Source of the DNA: Haliotis cracherodii
Lineage: Eukaryota
DNA length: 64,000 nucleotides
Direction of reading: 5' to 3'
Assembly (NCBI RefSeq): GCF_022045235.1
Contig: NW_027266308.1
Coordinates: 62,186,001-62,250,000 of the forward strand
Shown here: positions 25,301-37,600 of the stretch, one piece after another
Numbering within the stretch: position 1 is the first letter of the stretch
How the letters are laid out: every line of letters starts with the position of its first letter
Position numbers and translations under genes: made by a program
The notes under the pieces: model-generated
Database searches by the model: none
Told to the model about the DNA's origin: nothing
What the model saw: only the letters and a program-made list of their open reading frames with translations

Positions 25301-28043
25301 CAAACACAAATAGCACCGCTTATTAGCGCTCAGTAGAGCACTTCCGTAAAAACAATAAACAGTGTTTTCTTGAAAAAAACAACACACAGTTTATATGTTT
25401 ATTCTGTCGACTGGCATTAAGGAAGTTCAAAGGCAAAGAAATAATTTAACGAACAACAGTTAACTGATTGGTTTGCGGAGAAGGTGTCAACAAACTTGAA
25501 AGCGGATGACAAGACAAAGGCTGTAGACCGATCGGTGCGCGTTTGGTCGTGTCAGCCTTTGATGAAGTGTTGCATTGGTGGCGTCTGTCTGGACTGCTGG
25601 AGTGGTCAATGATGCTTAGTTTGACACAAGAGGGTAGAACTCTTAACCTCAACAGTGATAACTGACCAGATGCCTTTTGTGTAATTCCTATTCTTTGAAT
25701 GACATTGTTATATACTTGTTACAACTGCTGCTCAATAAACCGTGTTTGTGTTTTTGTTCAAATTGGTATTTCCGCTAGCCAAAGTGTGCAGTGAGGCCAT
25801 CTAATTGTTGATAGTCATTTTGGAGACATAAATGCGAAGTATCATTAATGAGAACAAAGACCACTTGCATTTTTCACATTTAATTCACGCTCACGTTAAT
25901 GTCAAGATTTACAGTATCCATGTTAAGAAATCTGTAATAATATGTAATCACTTCCATAAGGGATTTTTGTACTCATCCTGGGCAGAGGCTTAAAGAGCAG
26001 TCATCAGACATATATATCCTTCACTGAATACAAGTATTCAAGTTGAATTTGTCCATACATGTTAAACATGTTGAAAGTAGCATTTGGGTTTATCTTTAAT
26101 TCTTTTTGAATGTGAATAGGCGTGGTTTAGCAGGTTATATTTTATTGGTCCTTTGACTGATCTAGTTCGGCCCAGCCAGGCCCAATAAGTGTAATATGCC
26201 TTATGTGGAGATGAGCTACAGATCCTTTGTCTATATCATGTGTCTCACTGTGTGAACCACTGTATTTATCACTAACTGATCAGTCTATAGTATCGAGACT
26301 GAGGAACAAGTATTGTCTAATATAGATTTATGAATTGTAATCTTTTTACTGACAACATCTCTGTTTGTGTTTCATAGGATTGTTCTGTAATTTCCTATTT
26401 CTAAGGCTTGTCTGTTTTTGACTTTACATGTAACCTTCACATTTTTCTCACTCAATCTAATAGCAACCAAATTATTCTTCTTAAAGTCCTAAAGTATTGG
26501 TATATGATACATATTCAACTACATTAATAAGTTCAAAAGCCATAATTGATATTGCATGGGCAAAGTGCTTAAAGGTAACTGAGATTTCAATTAAAGGATC
26601 ATTTGTTTAATATGGTTAGGCTGCAACCTGGTATAATTTAGAAATGTTTTTATTCATGTTATTTATTTCCAGCACTCAAAATATCTTTATTACACAAGTA
26701 TCATTTTGTAGGGCACTATCTTACTGCAAGTTAACATGTATTTTCACTATTTGTAAATCCCAGAATTACTCTCCTTATTTGCCATAATTCTGTTGGCCTT
26801 TTTATGAAAATGAGTTCTCCCCTCCTAGATAGATATGTGTAGTACTGCATACAACGTCTAACCACTATAACTGGCACTATCACAGCAACACCACACTTGT
26901 GGAAATCACTAGGGTTCATATCAAGTAAATAACGAGCTACACATGTAATTTGAATATGAATTAGTTGGTTCTTGAATGTATCAATGAGTAGATATGAATG
27001 TACAACCTACAATCTCCATACAAGCCATATACAATGATAAGGATAGTGCCAGTTACAGTCTAGAAGTATTGTCTCAATCACAGTGGTCAGCCCGGCTTTC
27101 CTGCTAAGATAAATCTATCGGTATAAAATAATAAAAGGAACTGATTCTCAAAATGTTACTTTGAAGATGTTCTATCAATACTCTTTGATTTTGCTGGAGA
27201 TAAATGGTTTTATGATATTATGATTGTTACAATTTTAAGTGGGCTTTACATGCTCTTGGTACCTTCAGAAAAGAATTTGTTAATGTCCTGAAAGATGGAC
27301 CAAGCTGATTAACCCTGATTACAATGTTTGACCACTGTTATGGATGCAATAATTTTGTTTTAAATAATATATTCGTTCACTTTTCAAATTCCATGTTTGA
27401 AAATGATATGTGGTCAAGTGCTATATATAAGTGTACTAATTCCGTTTTTTCTTTTAAACTCCAATTTCAGTTGCATTCAAGATATACGACATGGACAAGG
27501 ACGGGTACATCTCAAATGGAGAGTTGTTCCAAGTCCTTAAAATGATGGTGGGCAACAACTTGAAGGACACACAGCTCCAGCAGATTGTGGACAAGACGAT
27601 TATCCATGCAGACACTGATGGCGATGGCAAAATCTCATTTGAAGAATTCTGTGCTGTAAGTGGAGGCTGTTACTACCCAACGTAACAAAGTATGGATCGA
27701 TATAAACATACACTGGAACCTTGTTCAAGTCTGTGGCAGAATGGGTCCCTAGAAATCTATTGCTTATGTAACAATTGGATCAGGTGGACAGACTGGGTGA
27801 CCTTGTTTGCCTGCCTTGAACATCCTGAAATAACATGCATGATATTGCAAGAATATTACTCTAAAATACACTAAAAGTGGCGTAAAACCATACTCACTCA
27901 CTCACTCATATTGAACCCAGAAGTAAACTTTCTTCTGGTGTCACATCTTCCCTTACTTTTTCGCTTCAGTATATTTTGTCTCTTTCTCTTTCCAGGTTGT
28001 AGGAACTATGGATGTTCATAAGAAAATGGTGGTTGACGTATAG
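19390..28043 (+). CDS. PPP3R1: Calcineurin subunit B (protein phosphatase 3 regulatory subunit), 170 aa, 4 EF-hands
   Basis: Exons: 19390-19392 (ATG|gtacgt, inferred), 20532-20571 ([13 protein letters not shown]), 22147-22323 ([22 protein letters not shown]...[11 protein letters not shown]), 23417-23476 ([20 protein letters not shown]), 27471-27655 ([31 protein letters not shown]...), 27996-28043 ([15 protein letters not shown]). The 3/40/177/60/185/48-nt pattern fits the conserved CnB gene structure. N-terminal MG is the myristoylation site. Confidence 0.97.
25167..25916. mobile_element. Non-autonomous DNA transposon/MITE with CTGTAAATC.TGA.ATTAA TIRs; partial copy at 15689-15990
   Basis: Inverted termini CTGTAAATCTTGAAATTAATG / CGTTAATGTCAAGATTTACAG-TA; internal similarity to 15860-15960. 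Confidence 0.6.
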
Positions 28044-31000
28044 AAGAAAACCTCACATCACTACAAAAAGACTTTACTTTACTATTTTAAATGATGATCT
28101 TTTTCCATGACAGCTTGCTGGTGTCCACCCTACAGGTGTTATGGTACTTTGATGTTTAGCTGTGTACCACATGGCAGTTCATGTGCTCGTCGCCGATGGC
28201 GCCGATGCTGCCGATGTTGCACAACAACCAACTACCCAGTTATGGAGGGCAGAATTTCCCTTGTGCCTGCGTCTCTCAGTGTCGAAACTATTCAAACTGT
28301 TCATAGGAATTTTGTGCTCTTTAGAAAATCTTGGTATTGAAAGCATGACTTCAGCTGGAGCTCTGTGTATCGGCTCAGTAGAGAAGCCAGTTAAGTTCCC
28401 CCTATGTTTTTGGACTGACGATATAAGTTGTGTTGTATTATTTCAATGAAAGGTGTACCTGTAACTCAGGGTTGTGTGTATTGTGTGTACAGTGTTCAGT
28501 GTAATCCTGTTTCCCAGTGGTTGTGAGACTAGACCAACACCTAGTCCAGGACTACATTCAGCTCATTCACACATCCTTTAAATCGGTAGGAAAGATCATT
28601 ATTTCAAACGTTTATCCCATTTTTTAGATCGGTAGTAATTATGAATCTCCTAGCCTGACTGAAGTCTTGCTTCAAACCAACCTACATGCTCTGGTAACAG
28701 TGCAGAGAAGACCTGTCTACTTTAGTTACAAATGTTCATGACAATAATACTTACCATATGCTTTGTGGTAGGGTGTGTTTGTCATCATTAATATGTGCAG
28801 CTAGACTGACCAGTGATCTCAGCTACTTTCAAGGGAACATCAAAGTAGATGGGCAAAATCATGTCTTGCATAACTTTTTCACAACAAAAGATGGAAAACA
28901 GTTGTTCTTGTTGCATAATCCGGCACAGTAATGGGAATGCTTTATGTGTTTGTTGATATTGTTTGTTGACCCAAAGTAGTGTTCTTTTGTTGATTGTGTT
29001 GGTGGGTAGTGTATACACATCCCTGCAGTAAAAATCTTTATTTCTTGTTTGACAGTTTTTTACACAAGTCACTTATAGGATGATGAAAGAGAGTTTAAGT
29101 TCTATGTTATGCACATCAGACAGTACACAATACTCACATGTATTTGTAGTGTCACTGGTTCAAAATTTGTATTGAAAATAATGTTATTGCTGTGTACACG
29201 AGTTATCTCCCCTGCTCGCTCAGCCGTTTGTAACTAGGGTTGATCTAGAGACTTAATATATTCCAGAACTGTTTCTTAAAGAACAAAACTAATTTAATGA
29301 AGGTCAACATTCATTGTTGAGATACCAAAGACTTATTGAAAGTTATGCAGATATTTTCCCTGATTGCTTAGATATGCACAGATTTGCTTGTCGTCTAGTC
29401 TGACAGAAGAAACACTGACCTATGTTCAAAGTTTTGCTTGTAGTGGGTATGTTCTATCAGGAACAAATAAGTACATATGCACTCTAAATCAAGCATAAAA
29501 CGGTGCATAATAATGTATGGTGTCACTTCACTGACAAATATTTATCATGGAGCAATTTGTAATGTTATGTAAGCATAAGAATGTTTTGTGCAAAGGAAGG
29601 AAAACAGAAAAGAGATTTTATATAAGGTTTGATAACTCTGCTTGCAAACATTGCAGTGAGTCTGTGAAAAGGTATTTCAAGTCTGAGCCTGAATCAGTAC
29701 ATTTTAATTATTACATGTGGGCTTTCATAAATTAAGCTTGCTAGACTGACAAAGTTTATTATACTTGCCTAGAGGCTTATTCATATTTACTTGGAAATAG
29801 TGCTATTTGAAGAATTTTCCTGCTTTCTTTCCACATGAGAGATCCAGTGCACTGTCTCCACATCTCAGCATCTGTCCATCACTGTCTGACTGCTGTCATC
29901 TCTTTTCATTTGTCATACATCACACGTGGACAGAGTCCTATGCCAAACCCAGGGTGTTCCCATCTCTCGTAATCTGTTCTAACTGATCATATGAAACAAC
30001 TGAATGGCTTGAAGCTACTTATAATTGTGTGTAAATCGCTGCCTCTCCATTGCATGTTGTTTAACCTCCAACATCTCTGCTGATGACCCATTGTTATAGA
30101 TCTGGCTTGCCGCACAAAGTCGGTTGAACCCTGAAATGTCAGTGTGGGTTATACATGCCTGTTGACCTCTGACACAAGGTTGGAGTGTAAGCAAGCACTG
30201 GCTCACCGGTGCTGGTCAAATGAGGAAATAAAAATACCTTGGGGTGAAGGTCGATTTGAATGTAGACCGACTTCAGGTAACGGCATGAACACACATTTCT
30301 CAGGTTGTTGATTTAAACATAATGTCTCAAGATATAAAATTTAAATTAATCTAAAGGGTTTGGTTACTCAAGCTGTAATAACACTCATAATTTCTTACTA
30401 ATTTATGACATAATAATGTTTGTTTGTTTGTAGTAAGCAATTATGACATTCCTCTATTTTGATATTTGATAAAGTTCTTCCAATATTACAGATATGATTT
30501 TCGACAAAATTGATTATGGTCTCTGGGAGTCTGTGATTATAGGAGACAGTAAGGTATAAGAAGTTATCTCATTGCTGCACACTATGCAGTGTCGGGCATT
30601 TAGTCAGTCTTGTAACCCTGGTGTTTTTTGCCAATTCAGTCCTTTGGGGACCTGTTTTAATTTATAGTCAAAATTTATCCATCACTTTTTGTTAAATTAA
30701 ATTTTTACCTTCGTTTCAGATCTTATCATTTCACCCCGTACTTGTGATACCTGTTTGCCCCTTTTGTATTGTTTTGTGTGGAATGAATCATTTGCATGTA
30801 ATTTGGTGTGTACATTAAATTAATTATAATTATACTATCATCAGCTTGTGTATATTGAATCCCTGTATATTTTTGCAATAATTTGAATATGGTCTATCAT
30901 CTGACCGTTTTTTATTATTGTAAGATGTTCCAACTTTTTTCTGTAAATTTGAACCATTTATATGTTGTAAAATGTCGAATCACCTTCAGGTGTTTTTATC

Positions 31001-31191
31001 CTCCCTGTTAACACCTTCACATTGAGCTTATCTAACCTTGTTCATTTTATCTTTTCACACAATTGCTAAGATTTCTCTTAAATAAATTTTGCAAATATCC
31101 ACTATGCTTTTGTTCTTTGTTGATCAACATTGTCTTACAAGCCTAATTGGGGCTCTCTGGCACTGGCAGCATGTGTTTGGGATTTCTTGTT

Positions 31192-31784
31192 ATGGTCCTC
31201 GTTACTTGCAATAGAATCACACAATATGATTAAATGACGGAGATAGCTGTATGGCTGCTAATACTTACAAAGTGAAAACAAGCCAATAAGGAATATTACT
31301 TACAGCAGTGAAACATTTCAAAGTGCACTTTCAAGAAATGTCAATTTTCTTAGCAATAAAAAAAGTTTTGATCACATGGTTTCAATCCAGGTATAAATCA
31401 ACAGGTGACTGCAAGAGGTTATATTAAGCAAAGGCCTTGGTCGTTTGAACTATAGATAGATCTGCACGTGGTTTTCTTTTAGTTTGTGGTAATGTACGTA
31501 CACTGCGTACACTGCTAAATGTATCTGCACACGGTCACCCGACTGCTGATCCTCTGTCGGATTCGGATTGTGAGGTGATCAAAACTCAATGTTTATCGCT
31601 AAGAAAACTGACATTTCTTGAAAAGTGCACCTTGCAATTTAGGTCATTCTTGTAAGAAATATTCCTTATCAGCAGAAAGTCTTATAAAGTAAAAACAAGC
31701 CAAAGTAATGGCACACAAGCAGCTATCTTCATTGATTAATGAGCGCGACATTTTCTGATTCTATTTCAAGTGACGAGGGCTGTG
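31192..31784. mobile_element. Foldback MITE with ~170-bp imperfect inverted arms
   Basis: CCTCGTTACTTG...AAGAAATGTCAATTTTCTTAGC mirrored by GCTAAGAAAACTGACATTTCTT...CAAGTGACGAGG. Confidence 0.6.
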
Positions 31785-33639
31785 TTTCACACTGGAGTTA
31801 AAGTGCAACAATAGCATAAATTACTTACCTCCTTGTCAGAATGTTGAGTTCTGATTGGTTCATGTGATTTTAATAAAATACTATGCATTCTGCCTAGGAT
31901 AGAAATATATTTCTGAGCCAGAGAAAATATCCCTTATACCCTGATACAAACTGCACATCAATAAAGTCAATAAAAGTCACATGATACATCACAAGTTAAC
32001 CTCAAACAGATGTTTTCTATCAATTTTGAATTTATTTAAATTCTTGTAAATGGCAGATTAAAAAATGTCATAAAGATAAATTCATTGTGGCAGTATCACT
32101 CGGGGTACATGTGGTTTTATACCATGAGCCAGAGGTACCCCTTGTGATACTGCCACAGCTTAGAACAGACATAATTTAAGAATTTATGGGTAAACAATAT
32201 GGATTGTGTGAACACATTGTTGATATTGAAGCAGGGCAAAAGTTTTGTCATATAATAATAATAGTCAATTTGTATGATGCATATATCCATGAACAGTGCA
32301 TGCTCAAGGCGCATAATAATGTCTTTTGGAGACTGTCTAAAGTCTAAAGAGATAGGATTTAAGTTGTGAGCGGAAAGTTGACCGTTCACTGCAGTCACAG
32401 AGGTGTTCTGGTAGACTGTTCAAGGCAATGGCCGCTGAGTATGCAAAGGAACGTTTGCCATAGTGTGATGTCTAAACATTTGGTTTGATAAGCAAATTCT
32501 CTGAGCAGGGCATCTTTCTGGGACATATATATGAAGGAGATCAGCAAGATGGGATGGTGCGTGTCCCACGAGACATCTTAAGACATAACAGAGAATCTTG
32601 AATGTTAACCTGTGTTCAACTGTTAATGGTAGTACATGTATTCCTGATAATGGTCAACTACTGAAATAAATCAAAACACCATTTCAATTTTGTTTTATTT
32701 ACAATCAATGGTACAATTCTGGGCTTTCTCTGAAATACAAATCACATTTCATTGTAACAATTAGAACATGAGATTCCTGAGCATGTAATTAATACAGACT
32801 GTCACAGCAAATCTTATTTCTGTATCTCGAAACATAAACTGTCAGTTCTGAATGGAAACAATAGTGGCCACACGATAATATTGTGGTTATATTATTCATC
32901 CTGTTATTTCTGAGCACAATGGCATTACACTGAAAAGGAAGTACTATGAATATTTCTATATTGAGTAAAACTTTTGAAATAAAGTGCCAAAAAAAAAGCC
33001 GAATCATCTTGGAGGCTTGATGTCCGATTGGTTCTGATCGAACCCACAGATCCTTCGTTTACACGATTTAGACTAGGCGGTCAACATCCACTCAGGGTTC
33101 ACTGGACGCGACCTCTGGAGAGTTTGTCAGATCTTCAGGCAGGCAGGTTTCGTAATGGAGTAAAAGATCTGATTTTATGGAGATTGATATACTTCTTGAT
33201 ATGTAACCAGTGCCCTATAAGTTTAGTACATACACCACTGTACTTACGCCTGACAAAGTGGAGATAATGTATGGATAACAACTTCTTTTTTAACTGTAAA
33301 GGCGACGTTTCGGTATAGATCCTAATACTGTTATCAAGCAAGGACAACGGTATAAGGATCTATACCGAAACATTGCCTTTACAGTATATAAAGAAATTGT
33401 CATCCATACATAATCTCTACTTTGTCATCTGTCAACTTCAATTTGTTTCCGTTGTTCAAATGTTAACACTTTTCACTGGGATCAGTGTGTCTTACGAAAA
33501 CTTACACAGGGATGTTCAGAAATGCCCCAACCATGTGATACACATTCACTATATTCACCGGATGATTTGCAAATGTTATCACTTAGATAGTCTAGCCTTA
33601 CAACACTGTCTTACACTTAACCTTCACTTTATGATACTT

Positions 33640-34085
33640 TCTATTACCCATAAGGTTCGAAATAACCGAGGCCATCGTATGTGCATTAGTGCAATATCAC
33701 GTCACTCGCACCAGTGTATTGTTTACGTCATGTGGACAGCATTGTTGACTTCCTCGAATATTATCATGACGTTAGGTCGGAATGACGTAAGGTTGGAATG
33801 ACATCACACTAGAAACGACATCATAGCTGAAGATTGTTGACGTCATTCAACTATTGTGTTTTTCTAAGACTGCAGTTGTGATCAGAGCATTTTTCTAAAG
33901 GGGAGCTCAAAGATTAGGAATTATGGGAAATAAGGACATTATTATACGAGCATAAGTGTCATACTGTTTTTATGAAATAAGTGTCAGAATCTTGTATTAC
34001 CGCAGCGAGAGTGAGGGCAATGCATGAATTCTTGTACATCTTTCTGAAAATCAGTGTAACACACATACCATTATAATGCTTTATA
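33640..34085. repeat. Dispersed palindrome-bearing repeat; inverted copy at 41675-42085
   Basis: Shared GTGTCATACTGATTTT...AAAATCAGTATGGCAC hairpin and TGACGTCA-rich body. Confidence 0.6.
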
Positions 34086-34611
34086 ACACTGAAAACATCA
34101 AAACCCTCATTTGACATAAATAATGATATGCATTATCACAGTTTGAGAATAAGTATTTTCACAGACTAGTTCTGACTGCATGATGAGTGAGGACGGTCAC
34201 AGAGTGAATGAGTCAGATCAAGGATCATAATTGGGCATTCAGCCCAGATAAGCAGATCCTGGCAACTGCACAGCAAAGTGCAACTTCTTAGACCGAGCAA
34301 CTTTTGCGTTCAGGTTTGACGTTCTGCCTTCACAGCCAGCATTACAAAACCACCACTTAGCTACATGGAATGACAAATTTATGGCGATCTGTAACTATGG
34401 TAACCCTTGCAGACGTAGATTGGTAAGTTTCAAGGCAAACCCAGCAATATCATTCTGGACCATAAGCTGTTGCCTTCTCTGCTGTTGCCATAGTTACTCA
34501 CAGAAGGCCGACATCTTGTTCCTCTTTGCACACACCACGTGGCTGTATTCAATGTTAACTGTGACCTGGAACACACAACCATAACACCCAAACACCAAGG
34601 TGGTGTGGCAC

Positions 34612-37600
34612 TCAAGTCCTTCCAAGGTTATCTGGATTGGAGAACCTGACCGTTAACACATAGAAAATAGCTGGGAATGGCACCAGGGCTATGAGAGGGG
34701 CTTGGAAGCCGGGTTGTTTCAGCAGTGTCAGAGATATGATTCCATACGCATGTAGAAGCCAGTGTCCGATCAGAATAGTTGCATTTCTGCCATTGGTGAA
34801 ACTGTCAACTATAAGATCCCTCATTTTCTGAAAAGAAATAAATAAAATCCCAATGATAACTGACCAAAATACTTCTTCAAGCTAACCATCTTGTAATCAA
34901 ATAACCTGTATGATATTCCTAGTCTACTGTACATAGTATGAGATACTGTTGATATTATCATCTGCTAGACCCACTGTGCATGTCGGAAGTCATCTTCCCG
35001 AGGCAAGAGAGTTAACTGACTATAAAAGTCCAGTTTCCACCCTTGCCGAACTAGGCTGGTATTATGGAGTTACATTTTGGCTGGACAAAAGAGTCTATGC
35101 CTAGTCCAATCAAAATCACGCACCGAAATCGAAATCCGGTTCGTAAACTGTCGTGCAGATTTCGGTCGATTGCAGGATTTGCAAAGCATGTGCACCGCCA
35201 ACTCGTTGTCAGCAGATATTTTCCGAATCTTATCATGTTTTTAATTAAGGTGCTCATGCGATTTGATGCATTTCGCAATGTAAGACACATTTTATCACAA
35301 TATAGATCTTGATTATCGATCAGATCCTCCTGACTGGCGCCACCATTTTGTGTGAAGCAAATGCAAGATACAAGAGGTGGAATCTGATTGGTCCATAGGA
35401 GAGGCTTAGAAGGGACATAACTGGTAATAGCCAATGCTGGCGCTACAATCAAGCCCAGTAATTCCAGCCTAGTTCGGCAAGGGCGGAAACTGGACTTTTA
35501 ATGTCAGTTAACTCTCTTGCCTCGGGAAGATGGTCGAAAGTGGGGCTGCTGGGTAAATCTTGTGTTGCGATGAGTTGCGAACATGTGCCGACTGGCATGA
35601 CAAGTTGGCTGTTTTAAGTATGAGCGTACACGAAGCTAAAGAAGAATATATAAGTGAAGTGTCTGCTGTGGTTGGTTGATTGGCATTATCAATTACCAGT
35701 TTTACTTTCCTCCACTGCTGTGTACAGTGAAGCAATAGGTCATGCTTTACTAATATGAGCATATATTATATATATTGATATCACGATAATCTGAGTCTAG
35801 TTTTACATCAATAGCAACATTTCAGCCATAAAAAGGCTTCACATGTTGTACCCAGTGGGGATTTGAACCCAGGTCAGTGGTGGGACAAGCCAGTGCTTTA
35901 ACCACCGTGCTACATGAGTCTCCTGACTGCTACAGACAATGGTTATGCGTACCTGTTCCTTCATGGAGGCAAGATGAACAGCACTGGTCACCACCGAGAC
36001 TACCAGGACAATGAACGGGAAGGCATAGTCTGAAACAAATAATCCTAATCAGTCTTCTTGTGGTGAACCAGGACAGTCATCACTACAGAACCTCACTGGG
36101 TGATGTAACTCTTTCATGATATTTGACAGCATTGTTTGCCAACAACTTTCAGATGCAACAGTTTTACCTTGAACCCTGTGAAGACGGAACCCAATCTTCA
36201 GGACAGTCTAGTTGGGGATGTGTTTATTATACAAAGGAACATCAGTCTGTACCAAGGATTCGTTAATCTGGGAAATTGTTAATCTGGATGATTACTTTAG
36301 TATATTTCCTATTAAAACAAATTACTGTATACTGGAAACATTATTTTAAAAAAAATATCCTGAATTCTTTGCCATTCATCATATTAATAGAAGTTTACCT
36401 CCTGTACCTCGTATTTGGCAAACAGTGAGAGTGAGTGAGTGAGTTTGGTTTTACCACTGCTTGACCAATAGTTCAGTTATATCACAGTGTGTCAGCTTGA
36501 TGTGAATGATAAAAAGGTGATGCAGGTCTTCCAAATTCTAAAAGCCTTAGGTCTTCTTCAGGTCTTACCAATTACGTTAAATATTATCAGATGTTTACCA
36601 ATTAGGTCAACGAGCACAGACAGTGCTGACATTGTAACAAACCTAGAAACAACTAGGGATACCTGGCAATCAAATCCGCATTCATTTATATTTTAGAAGC
36701 AACTCGGTGAATTAGAATTCAGGTGTTTGTCCCATCCGTGCTTCTGATGCGGCCTATGAAGTCTGTAAACCCGAATCTGTATCTAAAAGGTGTGTGACTT
36801 ACACAGGAGTCCTCCGAACACGGCCTGCAGCACGATGAGGATGGGGAGGAAGTACAAGGCCGCATATATGGACTTGGTGCCGCGGCCTTCAACCAGCTTG
36901 TAGGAGATGACGGGTCGGATGAGCATCAGTAGAACCAGTGATATGGCATAATACACCATCACCATTGTGTACCTGGCAGAACAAACCGACACTGTAAACC
37001 CTGCAGACATGTTAGTGGTGGGTATCAGCCTGACTGTTTACTTGCAATAATGATTTATGTATTGTGACACATACCACAATATATTGCTTGTGTTCTTTCA
37101 TCTGTAATTTGTATGAAGCCATGCTTTTACGCGACGTACAAATGTGCGTCTAGTACGCACAAATATAGAGAACGGACGCAGAAAAATATATATCCTGCAT
37201 CCCTTGGGATGCACAATTACATTCATAGTACCTTCAGTGCATCAAGATCAGTAATGGGTGTCTGTTATTTCATCCATCAATCATGACCACTGTCCACATG
37301 ATCACTGATTCATTCCAGGCTCTACAGTAATTATCTGAATGAACAGCACACTACACCATTTCATTACTTCACAGGACCCTCATACTCTACTCAGTGCTCA
37401 TAAGTGATGCTATTTGGTGTGTGATTGGCTTAATGTAAGGTTGTATTAAGGTGAAGATTCTCCTGTAAACCTGACAGGGGACATTTTGTTAAGACATATT
37501 GAGTCACATTTTTGGCTAGGGGCCAGCGGTCGCATTCTTTTGGAGACGCATTAATTTCACGTTTTACAGTAATTGATATTCACAACAAAATCACAATAAT

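Noticed and set aside
35051-35452. 133-aa ORF with similar ORFs at 51236-51614
   Set aside because: Lie inside non-coding MITE copies; frames are not conserved between copies.
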